Positions 44,411 through 57,300 of a stretch of DNA of 64,000 nt are shown here, in pieces. Where the stretch lies: contig OZ024740.1 in NCBI GenBank assembly GCA_964016885.1, positions 157,666,001 through 157,730,000 of the forward strand. Reading direction: 5' to 3'. Numbering within the stretch: position 1 is the stretch's first letter; each line of letters starts with the position of its first letter. The notes below the pieces were generated by a model. The model was not told where the DNA came from. It ran no database searches and worked only from the letters and a program-made list of their open reading frames with translations. Source of the stretch: Eledone cirrhosa. Its lineage: Eukaryota. A program made the position numbers and the translations under genes.

Positions 44411-44945
44411 AGTTCAGCAAATTAAATTCACCTTTAATCATAGTAGATATGAAGGAATGAATTAAATTAATTCAAGTTAGTTCGAGCAATAGCCGTAGAA
44501 TGTGTATGTATATATACATATAATTAATTTCTACTTGTGTTGATCTTCATAAATGAATCAATTAATAACGGAAAAGTGAGGGAAAAGCAAGGGTTTTGGG
44601 GTCACAGAAGAATGGGAAGAGGAAGGGGAGGGTGATAGACTCTGGGCCTAGGGCGCAGCAGTTTTGTGGCTGCACTCTGCGGAGAAGACCACAAAAGCAT
44701 TCCCGTGGACAATGGCCAGCGATACTCACTGCAAGAGCCACCGCACCTCGTAGGGTTCTTTCCTCAGGCGGGCTGCTGATGTTCCGATCTTACGGAGGAA
44801 CTGGACAGTATAGGGTCCGAGGACGCCTGAGGTCTCTACAGTGATCCGTGAGAAGAGGACGCAGCCGGACAATCTCGGGTATTTGTTTTTCTTCTTTTTC
44901 TCTGCATTGCGGGCCGCAGTGCCGGGGTTTGTAACAAAAGCGACT

Positions 44946-45538
44946 ATGTTGGAGGCGAAGAACGTATCACAACATGTGGCGTCCCAGATGAGGTGAGGGA
45001 TGTTGGAGGCGAAGAACGTATCACAACATGTGGCGTCCCAGATGAGGTGAGGGATGTTGGAGGCGGAGAACGTATCACAACATGTGGCGTCCCAGATGTG
45101 GTGAGGGCTGTTGGAAGCGGAGAACGTATCACAACATGTGGCGTCCCAGATGTGGTGAGGGATGTTGGAGGCGGAGAACGTATCACAACATGTGGCGTCC
45201 CAGATGAGGTGAGGGATGTTGGAGGCGGAGAATGTATCACAACATGTGGCGTCCCAGATGTGGTGAGGGCTGTTGGAAGCGGAGAACGTATCACAACATG
45301 TGGCGTCCCAGATGTGGTGAGGGATGTTGGAGGCGGGGAACGTACCACAACATGTGGCGTCCCAGATGAGGTGAGGTATGTCGGAGGCGGAGAACGTATC
45401 ACAACATGTGGCGTCCCAGATGTGGTGAGGGCTGTTGGAGGCGGAGAACGTATCACATGTGGCGTCCCATATGTGGTGAGGGATGTTGGAGGCGGAGAAC
45501 GTATCACAACATGTGGCGTCCCAGATGTGGTGGGGGAT
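44946..45538. repeat. 54-bp GC-rich minisatellite, ~11 copies
   Basis: Unit atgttggaggcggagaacgtatcacaacatgtggcgtcccagatg(a/t)ggtgaggg; one copy has a 3-bp deletion; open on both strands. Confidence 0.95.
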
Positions 45539-46299
45539 CTACTTCATTCAAATGGGAAGAGGGTAATTCCTTTGGGGCGTTTGCCTACTGGTTCCAGTTC
45601 CGGAAGTATGAAAGCTGAAGTTGACTGCGGTGGGATTGGAATTCAACACGAAAAGAGCTTGAACAAATACCGGAAGTCATTTATCTAATCCTCTAATGAT
45701 TTTGCCAAGCCACTACCATTTTTATCTGTAGATAATAAAAGATGTTGGTAAATATTTCATACTTTAGATTTCGCATACAACTTTCATATCCAAGTCGTAT
45801 TACTCACTAAGAACATTTTTTTTTTTAAACTAAGAAAGAAAACGTTTGAGTTTTAGTATGGATTCACTAGGTTGGTAGTTATATTTCAGGACGTCCTTTC
45901 TTATGAATGGGGCAATTATCGATATAATCAATAGAGAGTTGGTCAATCGAAGTCAATATTTCAATATGATTAATTGCTAGCGTATTTCTTAATAAGTTTA
46001 AAATTCCCAAATTCCAGTCTTTGATTCCTTTTCCTACAACTAAGAAATCAATAATGGCTGAAGAGATTTTCACAAGTGTTTTTTTTTTTTTACCGGAATA
46101 CATGGATACCATCTCGATATGATATGAGTAAATCGATAACTGAGGTTAAGTAATTGACAAAGTTCCGTTTGGGGAGTTTTGAATGTTAGATGGGTGGGGG
46201 AAATGGGAGAGAAGGTGGAGGAAGTAATATTTTCTACTTAGAGGGCGGCTGTTTGTTGATAAGTGAAATACGTGTTCACTGAACGTAAATACCCGGGAA

Positions 46300-46900
46300 A
46301 CAGAAAACATTTAGAGATTGAGAATAGAAGAGAATGAAAAGATTGGAAGGAAAGATGGATAGACGGAAGAATTGGAGGATGGAATGAAGGAAGAAAGGTG
46401 TGGGAAAAGGGAAGAAGGTAAATAGGATAGGGTGATAAGCAAAAAAATATAAGAAAGAGGAAAAAGAAAGTGATGAAAAATGAATGAAAGGTGGGAATGG
46501 CGATATGAAGAATGAAAAAGAAAGAAGGAAGAAAAGAAGACAAAAAAGAATGGAGAAAAGCATGAAACAAGGGAGACAAGTAAAAATAGTAAGGAAATGA
46601 AGGATTGAAGGAAGGAGAGAAAAAAGATGGGAATAGAGAGAAAGAAAGAATGACAGATGTACGGATAGAAAGACATGAAGAGAGAGTGAAAGAAGAGAAG
46701 AATGAAGACAGAATGGAGAAATGGAAAGAAGGTAGGAGGAACATGTGGGAGGAAATAATGTATTGAGTGAGGACAAGAGGTGAAGCAAGGATGGAAAATG
46801 AAGGGGAAAGAAGGAAATAAAAACAAAATGGAAGGAATATATGAATGAAAAGGAAAGAATGAGATGACAGAGGAAATGAAATGATGTTTGAAGGAAAAAG
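46300..46900. repeat. Polypurine (GA-rich) low-complexity tract
   Basis: Strongly A/G-biased + strand; gives F/S/L/P-rich spurious minus-strand ORFs. Confidence 0.85.
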
Positions 46901-47178
46901 TTATTACTAAAAATGGCGACACTATCGATGAGAGTTTCAACAGTAATACCGGTTATAGAGAATGGCAATGGGAATTTCAAGAGTTCTACTTAAGTTCAAT
47001 GAGATCAATTGCCTGGGGATCGATATCGATATGAATTATAGATTTTTATTATTTCACGTATGTTACAGTTATTTATTGTTGGCCTGTATGTTTGTGTATA
47101 TATTCAGGTATTCATTTATATTAGTTTATATGTATATGTATGTGTTTAAATGCATGTATGTATGTGCGTGTGTCTACG

Positions 47179-47252
<74 letters not shown>

Positions 47253-47308
47253 TGATTGCATATTTATGTAGTTGTGTATGTATATAGATATGTATGCACA
47301 TTTGTATG

Positions 47309-47342
<34 letters not shown>

Positions 47343-47356
47343 TGTATGTATGTATG

Positions 47357-47388
<32 letters not shown>

Positions 47389-47557
47389 AATGTAGTTACT
47401 TCAGGGGAATTAATACAGAAAGACAGAGAGTGGGGAAAGAGACAGAGTGACAGAGACAGAAAGGGAGAGAAGCGTCTTTCAAACATGTTATATTAAAGAC
47501 AACTGTATTCAAATTTAATGGCATATGTTTGAAAGTAAAACCATTCCCGATACACAC

Positions 47558-47638
<81 letters not shown>

Positions 47639-47706
47639 TATTTATATATATAAAAGCTGATATATGTGATTATTTTTCAGATATATATATGTATATCTAA
47701 ACATAT

Positions 47707-47738
<32 letters not shown>

Positions 47739-47929
47739 GGGAAATAATTACATGTATCAGCTTTTGGGCTTTTTGTAGGCAGTTTCCAGTTATTCTATTG
47801 TAAATAGACGTCGTGTATAAAGCTCGAATTTTCGAAGTGCCAAGATAGTAAATTTATAAGAGGATGTAGGATACTCATAGCTTACAACAATTGCATAAAG
47901 ATGCTTAGAGACATAAAAATGTTGTCAGC

Positions 47930-48003
47930 GGCTGCTACGAAAAATCGAATTCCGTATTTCCCAGATACCGGCAAGGTGTTCTAACCATTGAGCTAAGGGA
48001 CAC
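47930..48003 (-). mobile_element. tRNA-like (SINE-head) sequence within a ~260-bp degenerate direct repeat
   Basis: Minus strand reads tcccTTAGCTCAATGGTTAGAAC...GAATTCGATT; flanking repeats at 47806-47878 and 48065-48137. Confidence 0.5.
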
Positions 48004-48487
48004 CTGAAATCATCTTACTGATTAAATTAAGGAGCTGAATCAAATAACTTTTGAAAATGTAAACAGACATCGTGTGTGTAACTCGAATTTTCGAAGCACC
48101 CGATAGAATATATTTAGAAGAGTAAGTAGGATGCTCAGACACAGAAAATAGCTACAATTACACTCAGTTGCTATGAAAATAGCTTATAAAAATCGGTTTA
48201 GTTGTGCTCGATGGAGTCAATTAGACTATACCTAATATTTATTAGTGTTAGTTGTGATAACAAGTAAGATGAAACAATTCAATATGGTTAATCCACGGAG
48301 CTTTTAAATATACGGTTAATAGAAAAACCAAAGCTCATATGCTGCGATTCAATGAATGACATATTGAATACTAGAATACTTTGCAGTTTTCAATAAATAA
48401 TACATTGAATATCAGCATATGTGACGTGATATATATATATATATAGGTGTGTATATATATATATATGTATATATATACACACCTAGA

Positions 48488-48599
<112 letters not shown>

Positions 48600-49353
48600 T
48601 AGATGAATATGCTTATGTGGACATCAGCTGTTTCTAGTTTCATAACCTTACATCTTTTTAGCTGTAATAGCTGTTCAGTCTAGACGTGATTTTCCAACGA
48701 AAGAAAATTCATTAGAATTTTCTTGAAATAGCTATTAATTTGTCTACCTGAAGAACAATTATGCAGGGGAAATTATATTTTTACCTTTAAAATATGTTCT
48801 TAATAGTAATATAATTTAGTATTGTACCTAAATAAAATTATACCCTGTATAAAGCATATCCGAGCTGATTTATGGTATATGATTTACATTTTTATTTTAA
48901 TCCCCTTTCATAAGATACATACACACACAGACACACACACACACACACACACACACCTATATATATATATATATATATAGGAACGAGTAGGACCCCGACG
49001 GCTGAGCTCAAGCCGTTTCGACGGCTAATTCTACCACGCCGTTACTCGTTCCTATTACCCACTCTACTACCCTAAGTATTGAGTACTTTGGTGCGTTATG
49101 GTCCATCTGGTTCCTTACCACATTTCCTTCGTTATATATATATATATAGTTATGTAATAAACAACATAAGATAATTATTTCATTTACCAGTGGTTTCTTG
49201 AAAGCAAATAAATCTGCTTTCAGTCGTTAGAATGAATAAAACATCGTGTTTTTATTAAATGTGGATTTGAAAACAAAAATATAAGAAATATGAAAGTGAG
49301 GCTGAAGAAACAACGAGCGAAAAAGAAGAAAAGGAATATATATATGTATATAT

Positions 49354-49484
<131 letters not shown>

Positions 49485-49982
49485 CACACATATATACGTT
49501 TAAAAATATCTTTAGAGGGTGTCATTGGAAAAATATAATGTAAGAATTAAAGAATTAAAAAATAAAATTAAAATTATATACATACACATATACATATATA
49601 TAAATATTTATACATATATATATATTAAAAGAAATATTTGCTGAAAGGTGAAAATATTACAAATATTAGAGATATTACCATTTATAAATATTAATATATT
49701 AAAATATTAAACATTTAAATTGATAAAGAAGATCGGATCATTTTGAAGGTTTATAGGAATATTATAAATTACACATAGTTCTGAACGTGGAATTTTGGCG
49801 ATATCTGCAAGAAGAAAATAATTCTGTCCTAAGATTAATATACCTCAACCTCATTTATATATTCATTTGCATACTCATCCTAACAATTTGGAAAAGTCCG
49901 TTCTTTAAATTCACTATCCAAGGAAAATTCAACTGATAAGGTATGTTGCTTGGTTATGTCAAAATTTATAAAAAACACTTTG

Positions 49983-50043
49983 TATTTTATCTGATGAAAT
50001 CGTACCAAAGTTTTTGGTACTCTTGAAATATATATAGAATAAA
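49983..50043 (+). ncRNA. Hammerhead ribozyme (family of 6873)
   Basis: tattttat-CTGATGA-aatc-gtaccaa..ttggtac-tctt-GAAA-tatata-TA; the downstream tail matches 6938-6962. Confidence 0.75.
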
Positions 50044-50175
50044 TATGGTTTTATAAATATAGTTTCCATTTATTTAATATCATTGAATATTTACTCCAGA
50101 AACTTGTCGAGTGCTCTGAATCAGTTATAAACATTTATATTTGTTGAACTACCAACAAATTGAATATCCCTTCTG

Positions 50176-50220
<45 letters not shown>

Positions 50221-50227
50221 ATGTAAG

Positions 50228-50791
50228 CCAGTAAAACCTGGCGAATGGTCGGGTAGTCGGCGACTAAACCGGCAACCCTACCAAGTTTACTTGATGAGGA
50301 GAGTGATTTTGGACACCCTGCAGGACAAAAAACAAAACCTGACAAAGGGTGGAAGAACTCATAAGAGTCAACGGCCATCCAAAAATGTGTAAATATGTAT
50401 ATATGTATATGCAAGTATACATATGTATATATATACACGGAGACATAAAAATAATCGGGCTGGATACTCGATCGCGCGGTTAAACCAATGGGAGTAAAAG
50501 ATCCCTGACCTTTGTCAGGGCATTCTTCTATGAGAAGGCAACTCAGAAATCTGGATAACTCCGATATAAAACCTGCGGCTCAGTAGTTACCGATGATGTT
50601 GATCTTTTCTTCTTTTCGGGTTATAGCTACTGTCGCACAAAGAGTGAGATTGGCTCAGTGCACAGTCTTTCCTCACTTTAAAAAAAATCTTCACCCACCG
50701 GCATTGCACGATAGCACTAATTGATAATTATTAATAATGTTATATCATGCAATGACCATACTCAATAACGGGGGGGGGGGGAGCCATCATC
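50228..50791 (+). mobile_element. Non-autonomous RTE-like element
   Basis: Near-identical to 11262-11706 over ~440 bp; the 5' part matches the reverse complement of 40270-40400. Confidence 0.65.
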
Positions 50792-51240
50792 ATATATATA
50801 TTCATACTGGCGGGTTATGGTCGAGCTGGTTTTTACCACACCCTTTCTATATATATATGTTTGTATATATGTTTGTATATATATATATGTTTGTATAAAT
50901 GTATATTTATATGAATATGTGTATGTATATATGTATGGAGTTGTGACCGATCCGATAGATAGTATTAGCAGTTGGAAAGATCATCGGAAACATTGTTTCC
51001 TCGGTCCGATTTGACGAAAGTCGATCGAATGTCGTTATACATATATATATGTATGTGTGTGTGTCGTGTATATATGTGTATGTATATATGTCTATGTATA
51101 TACGTATGTATATATATATGTATGTATATATATATATATATATACGTATGTATATATATATATATAATATATATATATATAATATATATATAATATATAT
51201 ATAGTAATAATAATAAAATTGAAGACTAAAATATAATATA

Positions 51241-51310
<70 letters not shown>

Positions 51311-51890
51311 ATATATATATGTATATATATATTCATATATATAAGTGGGGGTGCATGTGTGTGTGTATGTGTGTGTATCCCTGATTCATATTTATTTTTG
51401 TCCTTTTCATGATACTCTTTTTCCTGACTCATTCATGAAATATTGAACATTTGAATGAAATTGTCTTGGAATTCATATAAATAAATAATTGATAGTGAAA
51501 GGCAAAAACGAATGCTATTACCCTCCTGATCTTTTATTATAAAATTACAGTCACTGTATTGCAGGTATGGGGGAGGGGGGGATAGCCTTTTATCATTTAC
51601 TTTGACACCAGTATATTTTGGTCTCATATATATTTTAATAACATCATTAAAGCGAGCCAACGAGGGAGACTGTACTTGGTTTCTCTAATTGCTATACATA
51701 CATACATACATACATACATACATACATACATACTGTATATATATATATATAAGCTAACATCGTATTTGAAATTGAGTGACACTGTTTCTAGTGGTCAGCA
51801 ATTTTTAAACAACTTAATCAGTGAAACAATTGTCAGACTGTAAATAAATCCCTTTTTTGTACTGTTGACCATGTTATTCTTCACTTTTTC

Positions 51891-51922
<32 letters not shown>

Positions 51923-51923
51923 G

Positions 51924-53145
51924 CTACCAATTTAGCCCGGCGTTGCTCGGGTTTGTTCATTTGCTATGAAAAGTTACAAACAGGTAAACGTGGCTTGAAA
52001 GCGAATAAGCTTATCAATTAAGTGCATAAAGCAGTTGAACCGGTTATTAAAAGTTACGAACCAATTAGCATTTTGGACAATCAATGATGGGTTAATAATC
52101 TTCCAATAGCGAATGTAGCAGACCAAAGTTGCAAGATGGTGGCCCTGATGCCGCTGGGTGTCAGATCTTTCCGCGATGGGTGACCCTACCAGGAAATAGT
52201 TTTCCAGACGGCATAGCTCCAACACCTCCAACACCTGCCAACATCTATAGCACCTCTTTGTAGACGATATTGCGTGGCATCCCTTGAGGAGTGTAAGCAA
52301 AATGTCCATTCCTGCTCTCTACGCGGGAACAGGCAACATAAAGTTGGTCATGGGAGAAGCATGGCTCCTCCAAATGGATGCCCGCCACCGACAATGTTTT
52401 CCCTTGTGACTTGTCAATGGACATGGCAAAACATGGTCTCACCGGGAATTGGGATCGCAGGAATTCGAACGGGATATCTGACGCCGAGGGGAAAAGGTTC
52501 ATCCTTGGCAGTGTATTCGGCAGAATTGCCAGAAGTACAACACTATGGGTGTTGTCATATTAATATTTAACCAATGAAAGTCGTAAAAAATAAATAATTT
52601 AAACATTCCGATTCATATGTCTATAGCATTAATCTGTTATATGAAGTGTTATTTTGCGGGTTGTTATTTGCAATAAGCCGATTTAAAATACCCCAGAAAA
52701 GCCGTATGTCAATGACTCCCCCAGCAGTTAAATTATAGAGAGGGGGAATAATCTATTATAGAGAGAGGAAAGAGCGATGGAGAGAGTAATGCTGAGAGTA
52801 AAGCAGTTAATTATAGAGAGGGGGAATGATCTATTATAGAGAGAGGGAGGAGCGGCGGAGAGAGCGTTATGACTATGTTTGTTGTATAAAAAGATGTGTT
52901 GCTTAGTTTTCAAAGTTTATGTCGCGTTCCTGAACGAAGTTTTGTCGCTGTTGGGTAGTAGAGAGAGTGAATAAGCGTGTAAGAGAGAGGCATACAGCAT
53001 GTATTTAGTTTTATCGATTTTTTTCATAGAAGAGGGAAATTTTTGGCAAAGTTTATTACGCGTTGACCATCATTGGTAAAGTTGGAGCACATTGGAAAAG
53101 AAGATCATCAAAATTGGTAGAGAAATGTAGAAATGCATAAAAATC

Positions 53146-53182
<37 letters not shown>

Positions 53183-53210
53183 GACATCTTCCGTTTTATA
53201 TATATAGAGA
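51924..53210 (-). mobile_element. Internally deleted Helitron carrying a PIF1 helicase C-terminal fragment (52245-52530)
   Basis: 5' TCTATATATATAAAACGG; RSQFPVRPCFAMSIDKSQGKTL..FSHDQLYVACSRV; 3' hairpin cccgagcaacgccggg followed by a degenerate GTAG end. Confidence 0.85.
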
Positions 53211-53411
53211 GATATAGAGATTATCTCTATCTCTATCTCTATATATATAAAACGGTAGATGTCTGTCTGTGTGTATGTATGATTTTTATGCATTTCCACA
53301 TTTCTCTACCGAATTTGATGATTTCTTTACCAGGGAAGGTCAAAGCGTAATTACTTTTGCCTAAAATGTCCTGCTTCTATGAAAACAATCGATAAAACTA
53401 AATACATGCTG

Positions 53412-53718
53412 TAACCCTCTCTCTTACACGCTTCATTCCTCTCACTACCCTCAATCTCCTCCGCAACTCTCTTTAAAATGTCACTGTCTCCGTCTCTGAA
53501 GGAACCTGACACAAACTTTGATAAACCTCTCTCTTACACGCTTCATTCCTCTCACTACCCTCAATCTCCTCCGCAACTCTCTTTAAAAGGTTACTGCCTA
53601 CGTCTCTGAAGGAACGCGACACAAACTTTGATAACCCTCTCTCTTACACGCTTCATTCCTCTCACTACCCTCAATCTCCTCTGCAACTCTCTTTAAAAGG
53701 TTACTGCCTCCGTCTCTA
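53412..53718 (+). repeat. ~110-bp tandem repeat (about 2.8 copies) in the Helitron 5' region
   Basis: cctctctcttacacgcttcattcctctcactaccctcaatctcctc.. occurs at ~53415, ~53526 and ~53636. Confidence 0.92.
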
Positions 53719-54370
53719 TTACAGTTTAGAACAACGACAAAACTTCTCTCTCTCTATAATAGATCATTCACCCTCTTTGTTCGTCATACATCAAATATCA
53801 AAATTTAAAAAGCCGATAACATTAAATACATACTGCTCTCTCAACGTTACATTTTACGTCAAATAACAAATATTCAAAAGCAACAGATGAATTTATAAAA
53901 CAACAAACGTAACAATAACGACGATTAAGCGTTCATTTACCTGAATCTCAACAAAGACATTATATTTTATTATTTTCCTTTTTGTAATTTTTCTTTCTTT
54001 GTTTTTCTCAATATGAGACAAAAAATTAATGAGAAAACTTTTTTAACGAACGTCCGATTTCGATGATTTATTTTCCAGTGTGCTCCAAAATAACGTCCCT
54101 GTTTACGCTCTTTTGTGCTATACCTCAGACAGGCTTGGCTTACAGGTTTGACCTATTATTTGACGTGCATTCTTCATAGATCTTACTTAGTACTCACTTT
54201 CCACTTACTCACCATTCAATTGAAAGTTTTGGCTACTCCCCCTTTCATGCTCCATTACCTGCATAAATATTTACGTCTTCGGTCCTGCTACAATATAGTA
54301 CTCACTTTAAACTAAGTCAAAGTTCATTTGAAAATTTTCGCTACCAAACACATTCTTTGAATCTACGGTC

Positions 54371-57300
54371 ATGCCACCCAAAAAGAGACCACGACTTAGT
54401 CGCCAAACTAAAGCTGCTTCTGCTGCCAAACGAAGAAGAGCTACAGAGTTGTCTGTAGAAAAATTGACTCGGTTGTCACAAAATGCAACTCGAAATGCAA
54501 TTACCCGAGCAACCGAGACAGAAAACAAGAGGAGCATCCGCCTTTCCGGAAATGCATTTGTAACTGCAGTTGCACGTGCAGCGCAAACTGATGAACAACA
54601 TTCTCGACGACGAAGCAAAAATGCGGCCTCCGCCGCTGCGGCATGTGCTGCCGAGGACGTAGGGCAACGTTCCAGACGTCAACGTACGGACGCTGCTTCA
54701 ACAGCTTCCGTTCGCGCATCAGAGACTGCGCAAATTCAATTACAAAGGCTAAACGCCAACGCACTCCGCAGGAGTGCTAAACGAGGTACACAGAGGATCA
54801 GTTGCACTCAGTGGTCTCATAGGGCTTTCCACTATGACTCAACAGTAAACTATGCACTGATGCCAGAAATTCAGATTGGATCCATGTCTGTCATTTGCCA
54901 ATATTGTCGGGCAAAAAAATGGCCTGGGGAGACTTCAGGGATGTGCTGCTCTGACGGCAAAGTGAAACTGCCTCTTCTACAGGAACCACCACAACCTTTG
55001 AAGTCTCTACTGACCGGTGCTACAGCGGAGTCGGAACACTTCCTTCGATGTTCCAGGAGATACAACGCTGCTTTATAAATGACCTTTTTCGGAGCTAACA
55101 TCATACACGAGGACGGCTTCATGCCTACCTTTAAAGTTCAATGACAAATTTACCACAGAATCGGTTGCTACTGCCCACGACAGACAGACAACCCCAGTTC
55201 CTACAGCTATACTTTGTCACTGACTATTTGGACCAAGCGGAACGACGCGCTTCAATTTCGCCTGGCACAGACATGAAAATTCTGTTGCAACTCGAGAGAA
55301 TGCTGCACGAAAACAACAACTACATTCGCAGTTTTAAATGCGCATTGGAGGCTGCTCCGTTGCCAAATTTTGCTGTTATAATCGACACTGACAGGAAACC
55401 ACCAGGCACCCACGCCGGACGTTTTAACACTCCCACGTGCAATGAAATAGCTGTGCTTCTTCATGGAGAACAGTACAAGCGGGATATCATACTTCAGTGT
55501 AGGGACAATAGTCTGCAACGGATCAGCGAGACGTATAGGTCCTACGACGCATTCCAATATCCCCTACTTTTCCCATTCGGTGACGACGGATACCACTTTG
55601 GAATTCCTTTGTGCAACAGAAACAAAACTGTTTCCTCTATGCAATTCTACACCTACCGATTCATGGTCCGCGAATGCTGCTTTAACCAACTCCACCGTGC
55701 AAGAGTACTCTTCAACCAGCTTGCTGTATACGCATGCGCAAAGATGGAATCTGAAAGGCTGTGCTACATAAGGAACAATCAAGTATGCCTTCGTTCGGAC
55801 AGCTACATTCACTTACGGGATGGAGTAAGGAATGACGTCGATCCCGAGAACCTAGGAAAACATTGTATCCTTCCGTCGACCTTCATTGGGAGTCCCCGAT
55901 ACATGAGTGAACGCACACAGGATGCTAAGACGTACGTGCGTCTCTACGGGAGACCGGATCTCTTCATCACTTCAACATGCAACCCTAAGTGGAATGAAAT
56001 TACCGCGGAATTATTCCCCGGACAAAGGGCGTCAGACAGACACGATCTTACGGCACGAGTCTTTCACTTGAAGTTGACAAAACTTATTGAACTCCTAAAA
56101 TCAGGTAAGGCCTTTGGACCTGTTAGGTGCCACGTATACACCGTTGAGTGGCAAAAGAGAGGCCTGCCACACGCTCACCTACTCATTTGGCTGATAACGA
56201 AAATCAACGCAAGCAGCATTGACAGCATCATTTCAGCAGAAATACCCGACCCGAAATTGGACAGAGAACTCCACAACATTGTCACTGCTCACATGGTTCA
56301 TGGGCCATGCGGAAACGGTTTCAACATGAATTCTGCATGCATTAAAGAAAGAAGGTGCACCAAGAGGTATCCTAGGCCATTCCTCCGAGAAACTCGGACA
56401 GGTGGCGACGGTTATCCATTATACCGCCGCAGGGAGCCAGCGGACGGAGGGATTTTTGCGAAAACACCACATCACAACGTCAACAACCGGTGGATTGTAA
56501 CCTACTTCCCACTTCTGCTTAAATTGTTTAACGCCCACATTAACGTTGAATACTGCCACTCCGTCAAATCGATAAAGTACGTCTGCAAGTATATCAATAA
56601 GGGGTCCGATGCTGCGTCCTTTGATCTTACAATGGAGAACAACCGAGACGAAGTAACTCGATACCAGGTCGGCCGATACACCAGCAGCAATGAAGCGTTC
56701 TGGCGATTCTTCCACTTTGCAATAAGCCATAACTACCCCCACCCCCAATTAAACAGTTGGCGGTGCACCTTGAAAACGGTCAAAGAGTCTACTTCACCGC
56801 CTCCACCGCTGCTGAGATAGCAGAGGAACCCAATAACACCACACTTACGGCATTTTTTAAGTCATGCCGAAACGATCCCTTCGCCAAGATCATCTTCTAC
56901 TCTCAGGTGCCATCATACTACACATGGAACACAGACAACAGAATTTGGTTAAGAAGGGTGAAAGGACAACCCGTCGAGGGACATCCAGACATTAAAATGT
57001 TCCCTACCCTTGGGAGAGTGTACACCATTCATCCTAACCAACAGGAATGCTTTTATCTCCGCCTTCTACTGCATGACGTGGAAGGACCGACATCTTTCGA
57101 CGATCTGAAAACAATCAACGGATAGCTTTGTACTTCATTCCGTGCAGCCTGCCTTAGGCGGAGTCTACTGGAAGATGGCGCTCAGTGGGATGCGACATTG
57201 GCGGAGGCAGCTACAATACGCTCAGCTCGAACTCTTCGGCAACTCTTTGCGGTGCTACTGCAGACATGCGAGTTAAGCGACCCTGCATCCTTATGGGACA

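Noticed and set aside
44596-44844. Possible Tx1 ORF1 zinc-knuckle remnant
   Set aside because: The spacing resembles CX2CX4H but the Cys/His residues are absent; too degenerate to call.
44946-45538. Possible CRISPR-like array
   Set aside because: Units are contiguous with no unique spacers, there are no cas genes, and the context is eukaryotic.
46238-46980. Hydrophobic 168-234 aa minus-strand ORFs resembling membrane proteins
   Set aside because: They arise from a polypyrimidine low-complexity strand that is open in all three frames.
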